Assembly: GCA_903850275.1 (NCBI GenBank)
Contig: CAINLH010000108.1
Location: 1 to 26,492 of the forward strand
DNA from: an uncultured Acidimicrobium sp.
GTDB lineage: Bacteria > Actinomycetota > Acidimicrobiia > Acidimicrobiales > Ilumatobacteraceae
Direction: 5' to 3'
Length of the DNA: 26,492 nt
Shown here: positions 18,403 through 26,247 of the stretch, piece after piece
Position numbering within the stretch: the stretch's first letter is position 1
Layout: every line of letters begins with the position of its first letter
Made by a program: the position numbers and the translations under genes
Notes under the pieces: model-generated
What the model was told of the DNA's origin: nothing
What the model saw: only the letters and a program-made list of their open reading frames with translations
Databases searched by the model: none

Positions 18403-19680
18403 TTATGAGGCAGCGCGACGCTGGCGAGCTACACGAGCCGTACGAGGCACCAACGTTGGGCTGGCCTTTTCGACTACGGCGTCAACATCGACAACCACGC
18501 GCTCGATATCAGTGCGTCCTGGCAACTCGTACATGGTGTTGAGCAGAACTTCCTCGAGAATCGCGCGCAACCCACGAGCGCCAGTGCCACGAGTGAGTGC
18601 CTGATCGGCAATTGCATCAAGCGCAGCAGGCGTTACTTCAAGCTCGACATCTTCAAACTCGAAGAACTTTTGGTACTGCTTCAACAAGGCGTTCTTAGGT
18701 TCCGTCAAGATTTGAATCAATGCCTCTTTATCCAGGCTGTGCACGGCGCCGATCATCGGCAATCGGCCTACGAATTCAGGAATCATTCCAAACTTCAACA
18801 AGTCCTCTGGCAACACTTGCGCAAAAAGTTGGCCTGGGTCTTTGTCTTTCTTCGACCGAACATCGGAATGGAACCCAATGCCTTTGTGCCCAATGCGCTG
18901 CTCGATGATCTGATCGAGGCCTGCAAACGCTCCACCAACAATGAACAACACGTTGGTTGTATCAATCTGTATGAATTCCTGGTGTGGGTGCTTACGTCCA
19001 CCCTGTGGTGGAACGGAGGCAACGGTGCCTTCAAGAATCTTGAGTAGTGCTTGCTGCACTCCCTCACCCGAAACGTCACGTGTTATCGACGGGTTCTCGC
19101 TCTTACGCGCAACCTTGTCGATTTCATCGATGTAGACAATTCCGGACTCGGCTCGCTTTACGTCAAAGTCGGCAGCCTGGAGCAATTTCAACAAGATATT
19201 TTCGACGTCTTCGCCTACGTATCCAGCTTCAGTCAACGCTGTTGCATCTGCAATCGCGAATGGAACATTGAGCAGTCTTGCAAGCGTCTGCGCCATATGC
19301 GTTTTGCCACAACCGGTAGGGCCGAGCAACAAAATGTTGCTCTTTTGCAGTTCCACTTCGTCGCGCTGCTTGGTGTTTGCCGACTGATGGCTAATTCGAC
19401 GGTAGTGATTGAAGACTGCAACGGCGAGAACTTTCTTTGCCTGATCTTGTCCGACGACATATTCGTCAAGAAATGCGCGAATGTCCCGCGGGATTGGAAG
19501 CGCCCCCATGCCAACTTCTGCTGCTTGTGCAAATTCCTCATCGATGATTTCGTTGCACAACTCGATGCACTCATCGCAGATATAAACACCAGGGCCGGCA
19601 ATCAGTTTCTTCACTGCCTTTTGCGATTTACCGCAAAAGGAACATTTGACCAGCTCGGCGCTATCTCCGAATTTTGCCAT
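18403..19680 (-). CDS. clpX: ATP-dependent Clp protease ATP-binding subunit ClpX
   Basis: C4 zinc finger CSFC...[31 protein letters not shown] loop, TGARGLR. Confidence 0.98.
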   Translation of the reverse strand: MAKFGDSAELVKCSFCGKSQKAVKKLIAGPGVYICDECIELCNEIIDEEFAQAAEVGMGALPIPRDIRAFLDEYVVGQDQAKKVLAVAVFNHYRRISHQSANTKQRDEVELQKSNILLLGPTGCGKTHMAQTLARLLNVPFAIADATALTEAGYVGEDVENILLKLLQAADFDVKRAESGIVYIDEIDKVARKSENPSITRDVSGEGVQQALLKILEGTVASVPPQGGRKHPHQEFIQIDTTNVLFIVGGAFAGLDQIIEQRIGHKGIGFHSDVRSKKDKDPGQLFAQVLPEDLLKFGMIPEFVGRLPMIGAVHSLDKEALIQILTEPKNALLKQYQKFFEFEDVELEVTPAALDAIADQALTRGTGARGLRAILEEVLLNTMYELPGRTDIERVVVDVDAVVEKASPTLVPRTARVARQRRAAS

Positions 19681-19682
19681 GG

Positions 19683-20318
19683 TCAGCGAATTGGGCCAGA
19701 GCGGTCGGTCATCGAACGCTCGGTAATGATTTCGTCAATCACTCCGTATTCGAGGGCTGCTGCTGCTTCCAATGTGAAATCGCGATCGGTATCTGCGTGC
19801 ACTCGCTCGACAGTTTGGCCGGTGTGCTTCGACAAAATGCCTTCGAGCAATTCGCGCATTCGCAAAATCTCGCGTGCAGCAATCTCGAGGTCGGTTACTT
19901 GCGAATAGCCAACTTGGCCATATGGCTGATGCAGCAGCACTCGCGCGTGAGGGAGCGCCAAACGCTTGCCCTTGGTGCCGGCTGCCAATAACACTGCTGC
20001 TGCCGAAGCGGCCTGGCCTAGGCAAATGGTTGCAATATCGTTCTTAATGAACTGCATCGTGTCGTAGATCGCGAAGAGCGCCGTGATATCGCCACCGGGG
20101 CTATTGATATAGATGTTGATGTCCTTGTCAGGGTTTTCGCTTTCAAGGTGAATCAACTGAGCGCAAATGAGATTGGCAATGGTGTCGTCAATGGGCGTGC
20201 CCAAGAAAATGATGTTCTCTTTCAACAAGCGGCTGTACAAGTCGGATACGCGCTCGCCACGGCTTGTCTGCTCGGTGACATTTGGAACGTAATAGTTCCT
20301 AGAAATGTTTGGGCTCAT
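19683..20318 (-). CDS. clpP: ATP-dependent Clp protease proteolytic subunit
   Basis: [15 protein letters not shown] (Ser), HQP (His), DTDRD (Asp). Start moved to ATG 20318 because AAGGAG lies 9 nt upstream. Confidence 0.96.
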   Translation of the reverse strand: MSPNISRNYYVPNVTEQTSRGERVSDLYSRLLKENIIFLGTPIDDTIANLICAQLIHLESENPDKDINIYINSPGGDITALFAIYDTMQFIKNDIATICLGQAASAAAVLLAAGTKGKRLALPHARVLLHQPYGQVGYSQVTDLEIAAREILRMRELLEGILSKHTGQTVERVHADTDRDFTLEAAAALEYGVIDEIITERSMTDRSGPIR

Positions 20319-20374
20319 ACTCGCCGTCTCCTTGGGGTAAGGGTTCAACTCAAGATAGTAGTTGTGGCTACCCG

Positions 20375-21718
20375 TTATTCGGCGTCATCTCCGTTTGACC
20401 CATCTTCCTCGCCAAATAGCGTGTCGGCGCTAATGGCATTTCCGTCTGGGTCGACGAGGGTGGAATTGCGCAGCAGCCAGTCGACTGCTTTGGATTTTCG
20501 AATTTGGGCAACCAACTCGCCAAGCGCATCGTTCTGCTCGTAGACCTTGCGAACTTGTGCAACCTTGCGTCCTGCCTGAGTAGCAATGCGATTGAGCTCA
20601 TTATCTACTTCATCGTCGTCTGCCGAAATGTTCTGAGCCTCGGCAACTGCGCGAAGTGCTAGATCTACTTTCACTGCCTTGACCGACTCGCCGCGCATTG
20701 ATTCGATAAACGCCTCGGTGCTTTGACCTGTGGCCGAAAGCCATTGATCAATTTGGATGCCTTGTGCTTGAAACTGCTCGACCGTGTTACGCACGCGTGC
20801 CTGCAAATCGCTACCTACCATCGACTCGGGGGCATCGATCGTGACCAACTCGGCGAGGGCTGCGGTCGTTCGCTCGACGAACACGCCTCGAGTCTGATTG
20901 AGCTTCATGTTTTCCAAGCGCTCGCGGAGCGAATTCTTCCATGCTTCCTGCGTGTCGAATTCGGCGACGTGTTCGGAAACCCATTCGTCGGTGAGCTCTT
21001 GCAGCACCATCTCTTGAACCTTCTTGACAATCACTGTCATTTCGGCGACATCGGTCGTTCCGTTTGGTGCCTCCGAATACTCAACTTTGGTACCAACCTC
21101 GGCACCAATCAACATGTCATCAAATTTTGGCGAGACCCACTTCTTGCCAACTTCGTACAACCAATCCTCAACGTTGAGGCCTGGCACAGGGTTGCCTTCG
21201 CGTGTACCGCTGAGATCGAGAGTGACATGATCACCAAGAGCTATTGCGCGGCTCACGTCGGTGAGAGTGCCGTGCCTTGCGCGCTCGGAGTTCATCGCGT
21301 CAGAAACTTCGGTCTCGCTTACAACGAGTGCCGGAAGTTCAATTCGTAATCCGTTGTAGCCAGGAACGGTGATGACTGGTCGAGTTTCGCAGGTTGCGTC
21401 GAAACCGACAACACCCTCTTCTTCGCCCTTCGTCACTTCAATCTGCGGAGTGGCGATGAGGTCTACGTTGTGTTCGCGAACTGCTAGCGACAGATATTCA
21501 GGGATGGCGTCTTGGATGGCTTGCGAGCGTGCTGCGCCAATACCAATCTGAGCCTCGAGCAATTTGCGAGGTGCCTTGCCCTGGCGGAAGCCCGGTATGC
21601 GCACTTCTTTCGCGATTTTGCGGAATGCCTGGTCGATATTTTTATCGAATTCGACCTCGTCCACTTCTACTGACAGTTTGACTTTGTTGCCCTCGAGGGT
21701 CTCAATGATGCTTTTCAC
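20375..21718 (-). CDS. tig: Trigger factor
   Basis: [10 protein letters not shown] ribosome-binding signature, FKBP-like central domain. Start placed at GTG 21718 ([13 protein letters not shown]); the ORF-track extension to 21796 overlaps the opposite-strand gene. Confidence 0.96.
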   Translation of the reverse strand: MKSIIETLEGNKVKLSVEVDEVEFDKNIDQAFRKIAKEVRIPGFRQGKAPRKLLEAQIGIGAARSQAIQDAIPEYLSLAVREHNVDLIATPQIEVTKGEEEGVVGFDATCETRPVITVPGYNGLRIELPALVVSETEVSDAMNSERARHGTLTDVSRAIALGDHVTLDLSGTREGNPVPGLNVEDWLYEVGKKWVSPKFDDMLIGAEVGTKVEYSEAPNGTTDVAEMTVIVKKVQEMVLQELTDEWVSEHVAEFDTQEAWKNSLRERLENMKLNQTRGVFVERTTAALAELVTIDAPESMVGSDLQARVRNTVEQFQAQGIQIDQWLSATGQSTEAFIESMRGESVKAVKVDLALRAVAEAQNISADDDEVDNELNRIATQAGRKVAQVRKVYEQNDALGELVAQIRKSKAVDWLLRNSTLVDPDGNAISADTLFGEEDGSNGDDAE

Positions 21719-21723
21719 AGGGC

Positions 21724-21741
21724 GCAAAGTGTACCCTTTGC
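21724..21741. promoter_or_regulatory. 18-bp near-palindrome with back-to-back -10 boxes (divergent promoter or operator)
   Basis: GCAAAGTGTACCCTTTGC matches its reverse complement at 16/18. TACCCT on + (21732-21737) and TACACT on - (21733-21728). Confidence 0.55.
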
Positions 21742-21745
21742 TTTC

Positions 21746-22018
21746 GTGACAGCCTCGTGGAAACCTCATGCATTGGCATCCCCCCATGCCGACCAAATCA
21801 GCCTGCGCGCGGGCGACACCGTTGTGACCACCGCCGAGATTCAGGGCGTGGCCGTTGGTTCTGAGGGAAAAGTGATCTTGGCAAATGGTTTCAATTGGCT
21901 TCGCTACCGCGTGCGGTTTGCTGATGGCACCGAAGTGGGCGATCTTGACCAGCGCAATATTGCTCCCGTCGGCAAGACCGCCAAACGTCTTGCCCGCGCC
22001 AACAAGCGCAAGTCATAA
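21746..22018 (+). CDS. Small hypothetical protein, possibly SH3-like beta-barrel with basic C-terminal tail
   Basis: 90-aa ORF filling the gap between tig and the PLP enzyme. Pattern RAGDTVV...GSEGKVI...YRVRFADG...LDQRNIAP resembles small beta-barrels by eye; tail KTAKRLARANKRKS. Confidence 0.7.
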   Translation: MTASWKPHALASPHADQISLRAGDTVVTTAEIQGVAVGSEGKVILANGFNWLRYRVRFADGTEVGDLDQRNIAPVGKTAKRLARANKRKS

Positions 22019-22035
22019 TCGAACCCGCTTCGTCC

Positions 22036-23211
22036 ATGTCATCTTCGGTCGACATCCAACACCGCTTCCCCGGTTTGAACGGAGGTTGGGCTCGATTTGA
22101 CGGCCCAGCCGGAACCCAAATGGTCGATTCCGCACATCGTGCGATGACCGAATTTGCTAGCAGTGGCATCAACGCCAACACGGGTGGATACTTCGCCGCA
22201 GCAAACGAATGCGATGCGTTACTTGAACGCACACGCGGAGTGCTTGGCACTTTATTCGGCGCCAATCCAGAAGGCATTTGCTTGGGCGCAAATATGACCA
22301 CAATGACCATGGCCTTGACGCGTGCCATTGCGCGAACACTTAAGCCTGGAGACCGAGTCGTCGGCACCAAGCTCGATCACGACGCAAATGTTTCCCCTTG
22401 GAGAATTGCCTGCGAATTATCTGGTGCAGAACACGTACTTGCCCCATTCAACACCAGTACTTTCGAACTTGATACCGATGCAATGATTGCGCTCATCACG
22501 CCCAATACCAAGTGGGTTGCAATCACTGGCGCCTCAAACTTGTTGGGTACTGCACCAAATCTCAAACCAATCATCGATGCAGCGCACAACGTAGGCGCTC
22601 GTGTTTTTGTAGACGCAGTGCACCTCGCAGTGCACCGTCAAATTGATATTGGGCAGATTGGCTGCGACGTTCTCGCAACTTCTCCCTATAAGTGGTACGG
22701 CCCGCATGCGGGTGTTCGGTGTGTAGAGCCAGAATTACTCAATTCGCTGCCCGTTGCAAAAGTACGTCCTGCCAAAAACATCGGCCCGAGTCGTTTCGAG
22801 ACAGGAACACCCAACTTTGAAGGTATTGCAGCGGTGGAAGCCGCCGCGCGCTTTCTTATTGAAGAAGACATGAACAAAGTGGAGTCTTACGAAAACGGTA
22901 TTTTTCTGCCGTTACTCAATGGTTTGCAAAACATCGACGGAGTCAAAGTGTGGGGACGACCAACACTCGAAGGTCGTGTTCCAACAGTTTCGTTTACGAT
23001 TCAAGGCCACCGCCCCGATCACGTCGCCCAAGTGCTCGCACAGGCTCGAATTGCCGTGTGGTCTGGAAGTTCGTACGCCGTGGAAGCCGTCGATCAATTG
23101 GGCCTCACCGAATCGGGAGGCGTGGTTCGCGCGGGAGTCACCCGCTACGTATCTGCAAACGATGTTGATCGACTGCTTGAAGTAGTCACGTCGCTCGCGT
23201 CCAATCGTTAG
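22036..23211 (+). CDS. Class V PLP-dependent enzyme, cysteine desulfurase-like (TIGR01976-type by motif)
   Basis: FDGPAGTQ, LDHDANVSPW, VDAVH, SPYKWYGPH (PLP Lys), FETGT, RVPTVSF; no catalytic-loop Cys. Confidence 0.88.
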   Translation: MSSSVDIQHRFPGLNGGWARFDGPAGTQMVDSAHRAMTEFASSGINANTGGYFAAANECDALLERTRGVLGTLFGANPEGICLGANMTTMTMALTRAIARTLKPGDRVVGTKLDHDANVSPWRIACELSGAEHVLAPFNTSTFELDTDAMIALITPNTKWVAITGASNLLGTAPNLKPIIDAAHNVGARVFVDAVHLAVHRQIDIGQIGCDVLATSPYKWYGPHAGVRCVEPELLNSLPVAKVRPAKNIGPSRFETGTPNFEGIAAVEAAARFLIEEDMNKVESYENGIFLPLLNGLQNIDGVKVWGRPTLEGRVPTVSFTIQGHRPDHVAQVLAQARIAVWSGSSYAVEAVDQLGLTESGGVVRAGVTRYVSANDVDRLLEVVTSLASNR

Positions 23212-23221
23212 ATCATCTCGC

Positions 23222-23227
23222 TAGGCT
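23222..23227 (+). promoter_or_regulatory. Putative -10 box (TAGGCT) for tRNA-Pro
   Basis: TANNNT hexamer ending 9 nt before the mature tRNA 5' end. Confidence 0.35.
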
Positions 23228-23236
23228 GTTGCAGTC

Positions 23237-23309
23237 CGGGGAGTGGCGCAGTTGGTAGCGTGCCTGGTTTGGGACCAGGAGGCCGGGGGTTCAAGTCCCC
23301 CCTCCCCGA
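23237..23309 (+). tRNA. tRNA-Pro (anticodon TGG)
   Basis: Full cloverleaf: acceptor CGGGGAG/CTCCCCG, D-arm GCGC-AGTTGGTA-GCGT, anticodon stem CCTGG/CCAGG with TGG at 23270-23272, T-arm GGGGG-TTCAAGT-CCCCC; 3' CCA not encoded. Confidence 0.97.
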
Positions 23310-23337
23310 CAACTTTCTACCGAAATTTAAGGCTTTC

Positions 23338-23733
23338 ATGAACCACCCGATTGCGTCCGCAAAATATGTGTCGTTCGTGTCATACCGCCGTGATGGCACC
23401 CCTGTCGCAACCCCCGTCTGGATCGCCCCGTTGGGAAACGATTTTGGATTCACCATTGATAATGCGTCCGGCAAAGCCAAACGACTTGCGCACACCAATC
23501 GTGCAACCATTCAGCAATGCGACGTGAAGGGAAAAGTTGCAGAAGGAACGCCTGTGTATCTCTGCACCGCACGAGTTGTGCTTAATGGCGATGCCGAAAT
23601 TGTGCGCGACGCAGTCGCTAATAAATACGGGGTCACCTACAAAGTCTTTTCAATCTATTTATGGTTCACCGAACGTTTCGGAAAGAAGAAACACCAGCCA
23701 GAGACGGCAGTGATTGTCTCATTGGCTTCCTAG
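23338..23733 (+). CDS. PPOX-class probable F420-dependent oxidoreductase (Rv2061-like)
   Basis: SYRRDGTPVATPVW, SGKAKRL, QCDVKG, KYG motifs. Start at ATG 23338; the ORF-track extension runs through the tRNA. Confidence 0.85.
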   Translation: MNHPIASAKYVSFVSYRRDGTPVATPVWIAPLGNDFGFTIDNASGKAKRLAHTNRATIQQCDVKGKVAEGTPVYLCTARVVLNGDAEIVRDAVANKYGVTYKVFSIYLWFTERFGKKKHQPETAVIVSLAS

Positions 23734-23745
23734 CCTTCGCTGCGA

Positions 23746-25233
23746 TTAAGCCAACTCGCCCCGCGCAATGCTGTTACTCACGGCATTGACAAAATGACCC
23801 AGCGGCTGATCATGCTCGATCAGGGGAACGTACTTCCCTACAACATCAATCACTCTTTTTGCAGCCTTGCCCCGTTTAACTTCTGCGCGCAGACAAAGCA
23901 GTTGATGCGCAGTTACGGCTTCAATCGCCACTAGCTGTCGCAACCAGCCAATCTGTCGGCCCAGTTTTTCCACGACTAGCGGAAACTGCGATGCAACATC
24001 TTCAGCATTTTCAGAAATTGCAAAGAAGTCGAGACTTGCCGGATTGGCTTCAAATCGAACCCGCGTTGCCATTGCAACCGTCGACTTCATCAGAGCATTG
24101 AAGCCCACACTATGACCTTCGAGCGGCGCAAGGTATCGGGGAACCCCCTCAATGGTTCCGTTGGCCATTCTGATCGTTCGGTTGGCCGTCGCATTTGACC
24201 AGTGTGTAAGTGCAATAGAAAGCGCGTCTCCCGCTACGGACACCGCAAGCGATTGGAAATTGCTCGACGATCGGATTTGTCGTTTCTCTAGCAACACAAC
24301 TGGGTTGTCATTGCTCGAATTGCACTCTTGCTGCAGCAAATCCATAAACGATCGCGCATGGGTTTCCACCAAGGCCACCAGTGGAACAAGAGTTCGAAAC
24401 GAAAGCGCATGCTGGGCCTGATCAATCGCACCCTCTTCAAGCGTCCACGAACCGTGCAGCAAGTCCATGATCAATCGGCTTGCATCATCGCCTCCAGGGA
24501 CAGACTTTGTTGCCACAACTTCTGGCAGGAACGGCCCAGGGTTGACGCCATAGGCCTCGCACGATGCAACAGCAACCTGTTTCGCTGCAGCCAGGACAAC
24601 GCCCAACTCCGCGATTACTTCAACTGCGGCGGATTGCGTCACCGATCCGGAGTTCAGCAGGCCAAGCGCATCTTTTGCCGCAAGTTCGACCGGCTGCAAA
24701 TTGGCAGCACTCAGCGCGCTAAATGCAGAAACTCGTGTGCCCCGAAATGAAACGTCTCCAATGCCCAGCGCAGCAGCACACAATTGTGCACATTGGCCAA
24801 GATCGCTGGAGCCGACCGACCCAAGCGAAGCCACTACAGGCGTCAAACCCTTGTTGTACATTTCGACGAGTTGCTCGACAACATGCGGAGATACGGCCGA
24901 GTTGCCGTTGCACAAGTTCGCAATGCGAATACCTAGCGCACGTCGACTCACAGAATCTGGAAGGGGCTCCCCAATACCGATCATTCGCCCCTCGATCACC
25001 GATCTTTCAAAATCTGCAGTAGATCCGCGCTCCAGTTTCATTGACACGTTGGCCCCCAAACCAACATTCAGGCCGTAGACGGCAGAAGCTCCATCCAGAT
25101 GTTCATCAGCAATTTTTCGCGATTCGGCAATCCGCTTAACTGCGGCAGCAGTCAACTCAATCTGCGTGTCCAAGCTTCCTAACGCGATCAAATCGGCAAG
25201 CGCGAGGTGATTATCTCCAACAGTAATTTTCAT
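23746..25233 (-). CDS. Aromatic amino acid ammonia-lyase (HAL/PAL) family protein lacking the MIO tripeptide
   Basis: YGLNVGLG (HAL YGxxTGFG loop), GSVGSSDL (HAL GSVGASGDL), LGLLNS, LSFRT, NDNP, SSNF, NAEDVAS all map to HAL motifs. Not called hutH because the Ala-Ser-Gly is missing. Confidence 0.88.
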   Translation of the reverse strand: MKITVGDNHLALADLIALGSLDTQIELTAAAVKRIAESRKIADEHLDGASAVYGLNVGLGANVSMKLERGSTADFERSVIEGRMIGIGEPLPDSVSRRALGIRIANLCNGNSAVSPHVVEQLVEMYNKGLTPVVASLGSVGSSDLGQCAQLCAAALGIGDVSFRGTRVSAFSALSAANLQPVELAAKDALGLLNSGSVTQSAAVEVIAELGVVLAAAKQVAVASCEAYGVNPGPFLPEVVATKSVPGGDDASRLIMDLLHGSWTLEEGAIDQAQHALSFRTLVPLVALVETHARSFMDLLQQECNSSNDNPVVLLEKRQIRSSSNFQSLAVSVAGDALSIALTHWSNATANRTIRMANGTIEGVPRYLAPLEGHSVGFNALMKSTVAMATRVRFEANPASLDFFAISENAEDVASQFPLVVEKLGRQIGWLRQLVAIEAVTAHQLLCLRAEVKRGKAAKRVIDVVGKYVPLIEHDQPLGHFVNAVSNSIARGELA

Positions 25234-26246
25234 GAGTAACGCAATCTCTGGCCAACACCCATCTTCTTAGCCTTTGCAAGCATCGTATGACCAAGTGCAA
25301 TGTCGGAAAGCGACAGCCCACGATGCCAAAGCAGCGTTGTCTCATCGTCGGATTCTCGCCCGGTTTTTTTGCCGACAACAATCTCGCACAGCTCTCCGTG
25401 CAGACTTGTCTCGTTTAAAAGCCCAGCTTCAACGTGCGCGCGAAGCGAACCAAATTTGCCGCTCTTGCACTGCCCCCAATCATCGACCACCACTTTGTCC
25501 ATATTGGACAGCAAATCGATCTCTACGGCACTCATTGTCCCGTACGGCACAACAAATGCACCACGACCAATCCACTTCGTCTGCAGCATTGCCTCAGGCG
25601 CTGGCAATCGGGAAGCCTCTACAACGATGTCGGCTCCTTCAACGCAACTTTTCCAATCGGTTGTAACTCGCACAGGTTTGCCGAGGTCGTTGGAGAGTTT
25701 TTTTGCAAATGCCTCGCGACTTTCTGGACGAAGCGAATGCACCCGAATCTCATCAAAGTCAAATAAGTGATCAAGCAGTCGTACGTTCCAATACGCAGTC
25801 CCTCGAGCGCCAATGTGCCCCAAAACTTTGGAACCCTTTCGCGCAAGATGTTTGGCGCCTAGTGCAGTAATTGCGCCAGTGCGCATGTCCGTGAGGAACG
25901 ATGCGTCGATCACTGCTTTTGGCATTCCCGTGCGGCGATCCATCAAGTTGAGGAGGGCCAATTCGCTCGGGAGACCAGCCAAATAATTGTCGACAAAGTC
26001 CCCCACCACTTTGACGCCAGCCATGTCGATCGAACCACCAAGTGATCCGCGCAACACGTTGAAGTGGCCTTGCGAAACGCCTGGCTCCAGGTGGACTCGG
26101 GGCTCGATAACTGCCTCACCCATCCCCTGCAGCCGAAGGCCTTCTTCAACTGACTCAAGAATCTCGTCATTGCTTAATGAAAGTTTTTGCACGTCGATTC
26201 GGCTGAGATAGTCGATCCATGTTTCAGGAATTTCTTCGTTGCTCAT
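25230..26246 (-). CDS. Ornithine cyclodeaminase/mu-crystallin family protein
   Basis: GVKVV, TGMPKAVID, LTDMRTGA, Rossmann GHIGARGTA, ADIVV, VVDD, GRESDDE, GLSLSDIA. Start at ATG 26246, 1 nt after the upstream TGA. Confidence 0.9.
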   Translation of the reverse strand: MSNEEIPETWIDYLSRIDVQKLSLSNDEILESVEEGLRLQGMGEAVIEPRVHLEPGVSQGHFNVLRGSLGGSIDMAGVKVVGDFVDNYLAGLPSELALLNLMDRRTGMPKAVIDASFLTDMRTGAITALGAKHLARKGSKVLGHIGARGTAYWNVRLLDHLFDFDEIRVHSLRPESREAFAKKLSNDLGKPVRVTTDWKSCVEGADIVVEASRLPAPEAMLQTKWIGRGAFVVPYGTMSAVEIDLLSNMDKVVVDDWGQCKSGKFGSLRAHVEAGLLNETSLHGELCEIVVGKKTGRESDDETTLLWHRGLSLSDIALGHTMLAKAKKMGVGQRLRYS

Positions 26247-26247
26247 T

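Noticed and set aside
19051-19908. 285-aa plus-strand ORF
   Set aside because: Lies antisense to clpX and clpP with no recognisable motifs; a shadow ORF.
21719-21796. 26-aa N-terminal extension of trigger factor in the ORF track
   Set aside because: Overlaps the opposite-strand ORF and the promoter palindrome; homology begins at VKSIIE.
23260-23337. N-terminal extension of the PPOX ORF
   Set aside because: It is the tRNA-Pro sequence read through.
23208-23510. 100-aa minus-strand ORF
   Set aside because: Antisense to tRNA-Pro and PPOX; contains the typical tRNA shadow peptide (GRGDLNPRPPGPKPG).
23746-25233. Annotating the lyase as hutH or as ergothionase
   Set aside because: No MIO tripeptide and no hutU/hutI/hutG in view rules out a confident hutH call; substrate-determining residues for ergothionase could not be verified without alignment.
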